Shown here: piece by piece, positions 13,701-23,626 of the stretch
Layout: every line of letters starts with the position of its first letter
Numbering within the stretch: the stretch's first letter is position 1
Source of the DNA: Cyanophora paradoxa CCMP329
Lineage: Eukaryota > Plantae > Glaucophyta
Assembly (NCBI GenBank): GCA_004431415.1
Contig: QPMI01000168.1
Coordinates: 62,001 to 126,000 of the forward strand
Reading direction: 5' to 3'
DNA length: 64,000 nt
The notes under the pieces: model-generated
Seen by the model: the letters and a program-made list of their open reading frames with translations, nothing else
What the model was told of the DNA's origin: nothing
Database searches by the model: none
Made by a program: the position numbers and the translations under genes

Positions 13701-14083
13701 GAGGCGGCGCGGCGCGTGGCGGAGCACTTCGAGCGGGTGACGCCGGCGGGGGCGCCCTCCCCGCCGAGCTCGCCCGCCTCGCGCGGCTCTTCGAGCAGGC
13801 GGCGGCGTCGGCGCCGGGCGGGACGGACTCGGCGCCGGCGGCGCGCAAGGCGCGGCGGTACGCGCAGGAGGCGCGGGCCGCGGCGCAGCGCTGGGCGCTG
13901 GTGGACGACCTGGCTGCCCTCGGGCGGCGCGAGGAGGTGCAGGCTGGCAAGAAGGCCGTGCGGCGCGCCCGGGCCTCGACGCTCCACTTCTCGGGCTCGT
14001 TCAGCGGCGCGACGCCGCAGGACGCCGCCGCCGCCATCGCCGCGAACCGCCTCAAGCTCGCGAAATCCCGCATCTACGTCTAG
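4704..14083 (+). CDS. Soluble adenylyl cyclase (ADCY10)-like protein: two degenerate class III cyclase domains + STAND/AAA NTPase + winged helix
   Basis: C1 AVLFVEIEGLS...FEGDVLYSVGDSLVGVW, VRMALSAG; C2 KHDGCLVKAYPVDDG, GFGVPG, GPLFRGLVGNAVRQ|EYIFLGAPIH; Walker A LLTGGPSSGKTT (~10342-10377); Walker B LVLVIDDAHW (~11779-11808); LRAKVERLTGDAKSLLCAAALVGYTF. ATG 4704 is followed directly by an intron (4707-4791). One apparent frameshift in a G run near 13750. Confidence 0.8.
6550..6775. repeat. Intronic G-rich degenerate repeat (GGGGAGRGCTT-like)
   Basis: ggggaggcttggggggagagcttgggagagctcgggggagagcttaagggagggcttgggggagg..., inside the cyclase-gene intron between 6541 and 6913. Confidence 0.75.
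8778..8972. repeat. Intronic ~97-bp degenerate tandem duplication (2 copies)
   Basis: gccgccccacgccgtccaattgaatcattctt(t)tcaagcgcctcgcgtcgtcc...acgccgccttcgaacgaattcctcg occurs twice; the second copy ends at the splice acceptor. Confidence 0.85.
10396..10670. repeat. Intronic 45-bp minisatellite (~4 copies plus decayed units)
   Basis: Unit gcgttttcatatatagaaattgcgtctatagcgtctatagaaatt, starting at the GTGCGT donor after the Walker A exon. Confidence 0.92.
11835..12078. repeat. Intronic 24-bp minisatellite (~10 copies, six near-perfect at 11929-12072)
   Basis: Unit aacagctttagatggagccgcttt, contiguous, no spacers. Confidence 0.95.
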
Positions 14084-14152
14084 CTAGTCTAGCGGGAGGC
14101 TAGATCTAGAGCGGCGTAGACAGGAGCAGAAACAGAATTGTAGAAGCAGAAT

Positions 14153-14405
14153 TGTAGAGTATGTAATAAGGTAGCCCTGAGAGTACAATTACGTTCCTAG
14201 ACAGACAGGGTCGTGAGTGCAAGCAGGCAGCTTATGACGAAGAACCCCCCCTCCGGTCGTCTTGCTCGGATTGAGCCCGCCCTTCGGGTCCCGTGCGACC
14301 CCCTTTTTCCTGTAATCTTTGCGTGCATACTCAGTTATCCACAGCATGTAATGTGATCAAATACCAATGCATTCCTTTCAAGCCGCTGAGCCAAACGTTT
14401 CAACA
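14153..14405. mobile_element. Possible solo LTR remnant
   Basis: ~250-bp lower-GC block starting TGTAGA and ending TCAACA (near-inverted TG...CA termini); no matching target-site duplication found. Confidence 0.25.
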
Positions 14406-15337
14406 GATCTAGACTCGGCGAGCTCGAGGCCCCGGGCCGGCGGCCGCGCGGCGGCCTTATCGCGGGCCGGACCCGGAGGCCGCGCGGAGAAACTTGCATG
14501 ACTGCAATCATACTTGCGGAGAAACTGAAGTCAAAATCATATCGATATCATAGCTATACTATGATAGTATGCCGCAGCTGCAGTGCACCCGGTGACCTGA
14601 TCATAATCATGATCATGATCAGGCGTCACGGCGTCGCGGCGAGCGCGAACTTCGGAACTTCGGAAGCCTCTTCAAAGGCTTCAAGCTTCCGAAGTTCCGC
14701 GGGCCTGCAGCTGCACCTGCCAGGCTGCAGCTGGCCGCATGGCTCCCCTACTAGGCTAGGTTTTAACACACTCGGCAAGGTCCCGGCGGCCTACTAGGCC
14801 GGAAGCGGAGAAACTGATCACTGAGTCATCGGATCATGACTCAGTGAAGTCAAAATCACTGAGAGTCATATCATAGTATGCACCGATATCGATATCCGCG
14901 GCCGATATATATCGATCGTGATCAGGCGAGTGTACATCATGGCATGTACATGTACCCCAATCACTGGAATTTGTGTACCCTCTCTTCGTGCCTTGGCACA
15001 TACATATGACTCCCAGGCTCAGTACGTATACTAGTGAGCCTCGGAGAGCACGAGCCCTCAGGGCCTGTAGGTGAGCAGATCTAGCAGCTTCGAAATTCTA
15101 GTTGCAATTGGCCCAGTGGCTGCGCGGTGGACGCGAGCAAAGGAAGCGGCTTGAGTTGCAAAAGCTTGAGTTGTCAATCACAGCTGCCGCAGTGCAGCAT
15201 GCAGAGTCAAAGAGATTTATATATTCAAGCTTAAGATTCAGATGCTCTGTTCTTGAAAGATTATGTGAATTAAAGATCTAGATGTGCTCGTTGCGCGAAA
15301 ATCGAATTTCCGTCGCAGATCAATTTCAATACTCAAA

Positions 15338-15896
15338 CCCTGCGCCGCGCCCTCGCCCCTCCGTCCGACGGTCTCCTAGCTATAGCCTGCAGCTGCTTCT
15401 CTCCGAGGCTCGCCCGGTGAATGAACCCTCGCTTTCCTGCCTTCCCTTCCTTCTTTTGCATATGCATGCCCGCTCCGTCCCCTGCTTCATGCCCCTCCGT
15501 CCCCTGCTTCTCTCCGATCCCAGCGTTAACGTTTCCCTTCATGTTCAATTGAATATTAATGTGTTCTCCTCAATCCCACGAAAGGATCATCATCGGATCT
15601 CGAGGCGCGACCGCACGAAAGCGCAGCTTGGCTCCGAGGCTCAGCGGGGCGCTTTGGCTAGCGCTTGAGGAAGCGGCGGACGGTGGCGAGGCTGACGCGG
15701 GAGCGGAGGGAGGAGAGGGCCGCGAGGGGCACGGCCCGCAGCGCCGCCGCCGCGGACGACCCGGCGGTACCCCCGGCGGCGCCGGCGGCCTCGCCGGCGG
15801 CCTCGAGCTGCGAGAGGACGGCGAGGCTCTCGCAGAACGAGTCGAGGAGCTGGAGGCGGGGCCGCTCCAGCCCCGCGAAGGCGGCGGCGAGCTGCG
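15338..15896 (-). repeat. Partner copy of the inverted duplication at 2271-2813
   Basis: Reverse-complement similarity to 2271-2813, covering the RINT1 C-terminal codons and 3' flank. Confidence 0.92.
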
Positions 15897-18409
15897 CGGC
15901 GAGCGCCTGCAGCGCCTCGGCGCGCGCCTTGATCGCCGCCACGGGCCGCTTCTCGAGGGCCTCCCCCAGCGACTCGAGGAGGGCGCGGAAGGACCGCCCC
16001 GCGAGGCGGCGCCCCGAGGGCCGCGAGAGGAGCCGCCCGGCGAGCCCGAGCCGCTCGCCCAGCGCCGCCGCCGCCTCCGCCAGCTCGTCGGTCCTGCAAA
16101 ACAGCGGTCAGCCGCAGGCCGGCCGCGGGCTCAGACCCGACACGAAGGCCCGTGCCTGCCGCGGTCGAAGAGGGACGCGAGTGCGGCGTCGACGGAGGCG
16201 CTCAGGTCGTCGGCCGCCTCCGCGAGGCTCAGCGCCAGCAGCTCTTTCAAATCGTCTAGAACCCCGTCCAGCCGCTGCAGCGCCCCCTCCGCTTGCGCCT
16301 CCGTTGACAGCGCCTCCGCAAGCGGTCGGGGGGGGGGGGGAAGAGGCGGGAGGGGGGTACGGGTCGCACGAGGTCGTCGCGCCAGTCGCGGAGGGCCTGC
16401 GCCATCGCCTCCAGGGCAGCCACGGCCGAGAGGTGCTGCGCCGCGCCCTGCGCGCCCCGCGCGCCCCTGTGCGCCGCGATGTGCTGCCGCGCCTGCGCCC
16501 CGGCGCGTGAGGGGGTAGAGATGCGGAGGGGGGTACGGGGGCGCACCTGCCCCACGCAGCCCTCGACGAAGGGTGCGACTGCCTCGCCGCAGAGGCGGTC
16601 CCGAACCGCCTCCTGGCGCGCCCACTTGAACCGCTCTGCGGGGCCCGGGGCCGTCGGCAGCGGCGCCGCGCGCGGGCGAAAGAAAGGAAGAAGCGCACCG
16701 GCGAAGCCCCCGAGGGTGGAGAGGAAGGCCTCGGCCGCGGGGCTCACGGCGCCGGGCGGGGCCAGCCACGCGTTCTCGGCCCCCGCCGCCGCCGCGAACG
16801 CGTCCGCCGCGTCTGCGCCGCGCATCTTTGAGCTTTAGCTTGCGAATTAAGCTTTCCAGCTTTAAGCTTCAAGCCTTTAAGCCCTAAGCTTTAGCTTTTT
16901 ACGCGCCCGAGCATCTCAAGCTTTCAGCCGCGCGGGGCGGCAATCGCGAAGGCAAGGCCTAGGGGCAGGTGGGTGGGCGGAGGACGGGGCCGCACAGTCG
17001 CGCTCGACGCGGAGCCACGCGGAGAGGACCTGGGGCCCCCGCGCCGCGTCGCCGAGGACGCCCTCCAGGGCCGAGGGCAGACCGGCGGCGCCCGGGCCGT
17101 CCCCGTCGCGCGCCAGCAGGCCGCGCAGCTGCGCCTCGAATGAGAAGAGGTCGTCGACGCTGTCCAGCACCGCCCGGTCCGCTGTCGCCTGCACAGCGGC
17201 GCGCCGCCGGCGCCTCAGCGCCCCTGGAGGCGGGCCGGGGGGCCGGGCGGCCGCGCACCACCTGGGGCCACTCGGAGAGCCACTTCTCGGAGACGAGGGG
17301 CACGATCTGAGTCGCAAACTCCACCTGCGGGGGGCGCCGGTCGAGGAGGGCCCCGGGCGCGAGCCGCGGAGAGGTACCTTCGCGTCGCAGCGGGCGAGGC
17401 CGTGCCTGTCCAGGACCGGCTGCACGCAGGCGCCCAGAAACTTCGCGGACTCTTTGATCGCCTGCAGCACGAACGCCATGTACCACTCGGCCTGCCAGCG
17501 CCCCCCGTGAGGCCCTGCGCGCCGCGCCGGGCGCCGGCGCACGCCTCACCTTCCCCGCGCGGTTCGTCGCGCGGCCCTCCGAGAAATGAAATTTAAAACG
17601 GACCACGAAGGGCTCCGCAAGCAGACGGAAGACGGCGCTCGCGCGCGCGTGCCCGGCCCTGCGACGGGCCGTGAGGACCGTGCCGGCGCGCCCGGCCGCG
17701 CACATTCGCGGGGCGCATGCGCACGGCTCGAGCTCGGAGATGCAGAGCACGCCGGCGAAGTGGCTCTCAAATTCCCGCAGCCTCGCGTCGGGGAGGGTGG
17801 CGGGGTCCGGCACTTTCGGCCACCCGAGCGCCGCCAGCTTCTCGCGCAGCGCCCTGCGGGGCCCCCTCCCATCGGCGGCGGCCGGCAATGGGGAAGGACG
17901 AAAGGAGCGCACCCCATCAGGCCGTCTCCGATGGACTGCCGCGCGGAGTCCAGGTTCTGGCGGAGCAAGGACCGGATGCGGGGCGGGGCGCGGTCCTCGC
18001 CGACGTGCGCGTGCAGCGCCGTCAGGCTGGACCCGGCCGCGACGAGGTCCAGTGTCGAGCCGGGGCCGGACGCGCTCGAGGCGGCGTCGATCAGGTCGCG
18101 GCCGGCCTTGAGAGAGGTGAGGAACGCGAGGCACTGGCGCAGCTCCTGCGCCCGGGAGAGGAGCGCCTCCGCCTCCTGCGCGCGCTTCGCCTCCGCCTGC
18201 CGCCACTGCACGTTCGCGCACGCCTGCACGACGCTGCTGGCCGCCGCTCGAATGCGGGCATCGGACCCGTCCAGCGCGGCGAGCCGCTGAGCGAGCCTTG
18301 AAGCTTGGGCATCGAGCTCGGCGGAACGCTCGAGCTCAGCGAGCAGCGCCTGCGCGCCCGCCAGCGACTCGAACTCCGTGAAGCGGTCCAGCACGAGACC
18401 GGGCGCCAT
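15658..18409 (-). CDS. RINT1: RINT1/TIP20 family protein (Dsl1/NRZ ER tethering complex)
   Basis: LREKLAALGWP, FRLLAEPFVVRFKFHFSEGRATNRAGK|AEWYMAFVLQAI...VQPVLD, DDLFSFEAQLR, WLRVERD match the TIP20/RINT-1 pattern (RFxYHF...TNRxDKPEW). ATG 18409, TAG 15658-15660. Confidence 0.88.
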
Positions 18410-18507
18410 GGCAACGCGCTACGTATCGCGATTCAACAGCTTCGAATCAGCGGCTTCGCGCCGCCGGGCGCATTCGGCGAGGGCTCTTGACGGGTACTGC
18501 GCAAACG

Positions 18508-18763
18508 ATGGAGGGCGACGCAGCGGCGGGCAAGCCCGAGCGCTCGGGCGCGAAGAAGGCGCTCCATCTCTTCGAGAAGCTGCTGAAGATTACGCTGATC
18601 CCCTTCATCGGCGGCGTGGCGTATGGCGTCGGTCAGCGCGCCCGCGCATCCGCGCCCCGCTGCTCTGACGCAGGCGCCGTCGTCCCCAGGCATGCACGGT
18701 GCCCGCATCTTCCTGGAGAGCGTTGCGTCGGCAAGAGAGGGCGGCGGCGCGGCGGCGAAGTAG
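18508..18763 (+). CDS. 65-aa single-pass membrane protein, Mim1/TOM13-like (exons 18508-18631, 18690-18763)
   Basis: A 58-nt GT-AG intron gives MEGDAAAGKPERSGAKKALHLFEKLLKITLIPFIGGVAYGVGMHGARIFLESVASAREGGGAAAK*, with a PFIxGxxxGxGxxxA transmembrane motif. Confidence 0.55.
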
Positions 18764-19199
18764 GTTGGCGTCAGCGCCAGGGCGCATGCTGACTTCGCCA
18801 GAGAGCGGGCTGCGGCGTCGATGCGGCTCGAGGTGCAGCATGCAGTGAAGCACCCAGCTCCGGCGCTTCCAGCGGCTTCCCGCCGACCAGCACGCAGTCA
18901 ACCCAGCGCGCATCTTTGGCCTGCAGCCATGTACCATGATTGTAACTAGAACATGTGCTAATTGATCTTTCCCATGTCGATCCACCTCCCACCCAGGGCC
19001 CTCTCTGGCCGCGAATTCCCAAATTTTAGAGTGGGTGGGGCAGATCCAGGGGGCATCTATACAGCTATGAAGCCTGCCTCCCGGTGTGCACATGACGGGT
19101 CAGTTACAAGATATGAAGTACTAGTATCCTAGCAGGAAGAGGTTCATCCTTGAGAGGAAGGGTGGTCTGCAGTTCAAGCTTCAATGTTACAGAACAGCC

Positions 19200-19854
19200 C
19201 TACTTGGCCGATTGCTGAGCAGCCTGTGCCATGCGAAGCTTCTTACGATCTCTATCGAAATCTTGCCTGAGCTTCTCCAGCTCCCGCTTTCTCTGCTCGT
19301 GGCGCTGGTGGCGGTAGAATCCTTCCTTCTGTTTTCGGAGGCCCTTGTCCAGATCCAGGTTACGCATACTGACGGCGCGAGCAGCGACGACCTATGCCGA
19401 AACGTAGCTCGTCAGATAGGGCGAGCTCGCCCCCGAGGCCCGGCTTGGGTGCCGCACCGTCGCGCCAGTCGCGTCCCGGACTGTGTTGCGGCGGCCCTTG
19501 GTCTGCACCAGCACGAAGCCGTCGTCGTCCGGCACGTTTCTCCTCTTTAGCTTTTCCTCCCGCTCCTGCGCACCAGTGGGCGGCCGCTAAGGCCCGAGGC
19601 GAGCCGAGCGAACCGTGCGCTCGCGCTCCTCGTAAGCCGCCATCCACTCGTCCACCGAGGCTTGCAGCTCTTCCACGCTCGGCCGCGAGGCTTTGTATTC
19701 GTCCACCCACTCTGCGCTTCGGGTTAGTTGGCTCGCAGCGCGGCGCTCGATCGGGGCCGCACTCTGGAGCCCGCGCGGGTGCTCGACCTCGCTGCGCAGA
19801 GCTGTCAGCACGCGTGCGGGCGTGCGATCGGGCTCTGCATCACCTTCCCCACAT
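19200..19854 (-). CDS. RRP7: Ribosomal RNA-processing protein 7, short form (C-terminal domain only)
   Basis: GLQ|KWVDEYKASRPSVEELQASVDEWMAAYEERE, PDDDGFVLV, EGFYRHQRHEQRKRELEKLRQDFDRDRKKL. Start ATG 19854 inferred from splice phase. Confidence 0.85.
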
Positions 19855-19949
19855 CGTTGCGTCCTCAAGCTGTCGCTCGCAACTTGTACCCCTTCATCGC
19901 TGCTGGCCAAACAACACAGGACAAGATAGCAGCGCATTAACCGGGAGCA

Positions 19950-22900
19950 ATGGAGTTCCCGAGATCTCCCGGGAGCCCGCTCACTGTGCCCGGCGCCGAG
20001 AGTGCCATTGTGCTGCGCGAACCGTCCCCAGGTGCGCGGGAGCTACCCGCCCCGTGCGCACGCGCGCTAGCTGAAGGAGGGGCGGGCGCCAGATTTCAAG
20101 GCCTTTGGATCGGCCCTGGCAATCGTGCAGGATGCTGTCACAGTCCCGGCAAACTCCAGCCAGCCCGCGCCGTTTGTTGAGCTGCCGGACGCCGTGGTGG
20201 TGGAGATCTTCCGCTTCATACCATTTGTGGATCGGATGAAGATGCTCAGCCGCGTCAACCGGCACTGGGAGAGGCGCGCGCCGCACCTTTGTGGAACTCA
20301 CCTGCGCCGTCCTGACGCTCGAGCAGGCTAGTGTTTAGTGAGATTTTGTGTGAGGAGTGCGACTTCCGCAAGGGGTTTGCCAACCACGAGGAAGTCTCCG
20401 AGTACCTCTCCCGCATTGTGCGGGCAGCGCATGCGGTGCGGACCTCTCCTCGCGGCTCTTAAGTGGCGCTGATCGGGGCGTTCTGCCGGCATGATGCAGG
20501 CTAAGCGGAGCAGCCCCGTTCAACGGCTCGGGATCTTCCTGGACAACGGTGCCGATGCGCCAGCGCTCCCACCGCCGCGCCCGCCGATCCGGCTCGACTC
20601 GGCGCAGATCCGGCTGGATTCCCTTATCTTACTCGGATCGCAAGCTTGTGTCCATCTTTAACAGGTGAGCGGGCCGGGAAGCCCTTGCCGCGCTCTCAGC
20701 TAATGCTCCGCAGAGCTGTACATCGACCCGCTCGCGCCGCACGGGGACTTTGATCGCCGCCTCGTGACTCTGCTTGGCGGACCGATGCGGTTGCGGAAGC
20801 TTGAAATGGGTGCGCAGAAGAAGCGCTCTTTCCCCGGCCTCACGGCTGACGTCAGCCCGTGCGTGCTTGGCGCCGCAGTTTTCTCCGCATCCTACCGGCT
20901 CGATCGGCTACAGTCCATCCACCTGCCGCGCACCGTCAGCAGCCTGTCGATCCGCGGCTCGGAAGGCACCTTCCTTTACTGGTGCGTCCTCCGGGGTCTC
21001 GAGGAGGTCAGTCTCGCTGAGGCGACGCGCGCGGCAGGTGGGACGTCATGGCCGTCCTACGGCAACACGCAGGCCGCCTCATTAAGCTGGAGGTCGACCT
21101 GATACCCCAGTACCTCTCCCGCGACATGTTCGGCGAGATCTGCACGCGCCAGCCGAAGCTCCGCTGCCTCTCGGTGCACGTCGACTCGAGGACGGAGGTG
21201 CCTTCGGTTGTTTGCCCTTCCTCTTTCCTCCTTTTGGTTTTCTGAGGACGCGGCGCCCCGCAGGAGTGGGCGCAGTGCGTGGGCACACAGATAGGATCGT
21301 TCAAGCGCATGGAACAGCTCACAATCTCGGGGCTGTGGCTCCAGCACACGCGTCAGGTGCGCTCACGAATGCTTGGGCGCCGGCGGGCCCCCGCGCTCGC
21401 TCACGCCAACCCCTCCAGGCGCTGGCGAGCCTGGCGCGCACCTCGCTTCGTCTTCTTAAGCTGGAGCACGTCCGGGGCCTGCGCCAGGTTCCCCCCCGCG
21501 CCCCGCCCCGCCCCGCCGCCCTCTCACCACTGTACCCCGCCAGCTCTTCTTCCACGACGCCCCTGTCCTCGAATGGGTCTTCTTCGAGGACCTGGACCTG
21601 GACGTCGCCTCCTTCTCCAAGGCTCGCGCCCTCCCCGCGGCGGCCACCGGCCGGTTCTCGCTTCTTTCTGACGGTCTCGGCAGTGCCCCAAGCTGCGGTG
21701 CCTCTCGGTGATCGAAAACGAGCTGTCGCCTGCCCCGGCGGCGAACCCAGCGGCGGCGGCGGCGGCAGCAGCAGCAGCGGCGGCGGCGGCGGCGGCGGTG
21801 GCGGCTGCCGGGGGCGCGGCCGTTGCCGCTGGGGCGGCGGGCGGGGCGGCCGCGCCAGTGCAGGGTTTTGCTGGGGTAGGCCCCGTCCCGCCGGCGCCGG
21901 CAGCCGCGGGGGCCGCCGCCACCGCCGCCCCGGCGGGGGCCGGCGAAGCGGACCGCGAGAACGGCAACGGGATGCGCGCGCTCCGCGTCTCGTGCGTAGA
22001 CTGCCCCGAGCTCTGGTTGCTCAAGATCCAGGTACGCGCGGGGAGAGCCCCACCGGGCCTGCCAGCTGGCTAACCGGCGGCCGCGCCAGGTGCGGAACCC
22101 AGGGGAGGAGCCCCCGCGTGTTTCGATAGCCAACTGCCCCAACATCATGATCATGGACGTGGGTCCGTGACGTCACGCGGCGTCCCCGGCGGCGGCGGCG
22201 GCGCCCTTCTAACGGCCTCCCGCCGCGCAGGGATCGTGAAGCTGATCGAGGGTACGGCATTCCCCAAGCTCCAGCACCTCGAAATGGACGGGTCCCGAGG
22301 CTGCGTCTTCGAGTCGGCCCCCTACCTCCACGACGTGCGTCTACCCCCCCTTTTTTTCTCCCCTTCCCCCGCTACCCCTACCCCTCTCACGCTCCCCGGC
22401 CCGCAGGTCTCCTTCATGTGTGCAGCAAAGCACGTCGCGTTCGACCCCGTGCTCTTGACCGAGGTACCCCCCCCTGCGTTCTCATCCCTCGGCTTTATAG
22501 TACCCACGGAAGGCCTTGAATTCACTCTTTGTTATTTTCGCGGCAGGTCCTCAAGAAGTGCTTCCTCCTGAAGCGCCTCTCCATCGAGAGCGGCACCCTC
22601 TGCTCCCTCACCGTCGGTCCGCCCGCCCCCCGCCCGCCCGCCCGCCCGCCCTTGCCGGGGGGTACACGCTCCTTACTCCCCCTGCCCCCAGGGACCTTCC
22701 CCTTCCTCGCGGACCTCGCGATCAGCGACTGCGGCTTCGCCGAGGCGTCCTTCCTCAAGATCTCGTGCCCCACGCTGCAAAGCGTGGAGCTCAGGGGCCT
22801 CCAGAGCCAGTGGCCCGTGACCTGCGAGCTTGCCAGCCCGAACCTGCGCAGCCTGAAGGTGCCGACCTCCCCCCCCTCTCTCTCGCTCTCTTTGCTTCTC

Positions 22901-23370
22901 GGGAATCGCCCTGGGCGTCGCGTGACCCCCCTTCGGCCAGGTCTCCTCCTGCTCGTTCCTGGACGACGCCTGGCTTGCCAGCGTGTTCGCCGGCTGCCCG
23001 CGCCTCGCTGAACTCGAGGTCCGCCGCTTTGCCGAGAACCAACGCCGCGCTCCTGCTGACGGGCCCCGCCTCCGCAGGTCTCGGACAGCCCGAACGTCCT
23101 CTGCCCACCCCTCCCCCCTACCCTGCGGAGCGCCCGCTTCTCGCGGTGCCCCCGCCTCACGGGCGCCCCGTCCCCTCCCGAGGGGGATACCGACGTCTCG
23201 TTCCTCTGCTGCCCCTCCCTCGCCCCGCCCCTCGCCCCCTCCATCCACACAGAGGAGTGCCGCTGTGCCTTGGCTCTCGCCGAAAGCACGAAGGCCCCCC
23301 CTCCCACCCCCGCCGCCCTCCCCCCGAGCGACGGCGTCGGCGTAGTTCTGGAGTCCACCTAGATTGTTGA
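19950..23370 (+). CDS. F-box/LRR protein (3' end approximate)
   Basis: F-box FVELPDAVVVEIFRFIPFVDRMKMLSRVNRHW; LRR-like units QPKLRCLSV, FKRMEQLTISGL, CPELWLLKI, FPKLQHLEM, CPTLQSVELRGL, GCPRLAELEV; poly-Ala insert near 21750-21800. Confidence 0.8.
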
Positions 23371-23626
23371 TAGATGAATTTGAACAGGCTTAGTTGGACT
23401 GTTTTGGGTTCGATTACTTTGAAATTTACTCGCATTGCCATACAGTAGCGTTCAACGTGACTAGCCAGGTCCGACGGTCGTTAAAAGTGACGAGATGGAA
23501 TTCTTTCAGAGCAGCGGGCCTGGGGAGGTGGGGACAAGGGGCATGGCTGGCAGGGATGACTCTGCGCATGTTGGCTGGGCACGGACGGGTGGCTGGAGGC
23601 TGTGGGGCTAGAAGAAATGGGGCCGA

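Noticed and set aside
13740-13765. Frameshift as programmed recoding or proof of a pseudogene
   Set aside because: Falls in G/C homopolymer runs; similar shifts near 1070 and 23115 suggest sequencing error; needs reads
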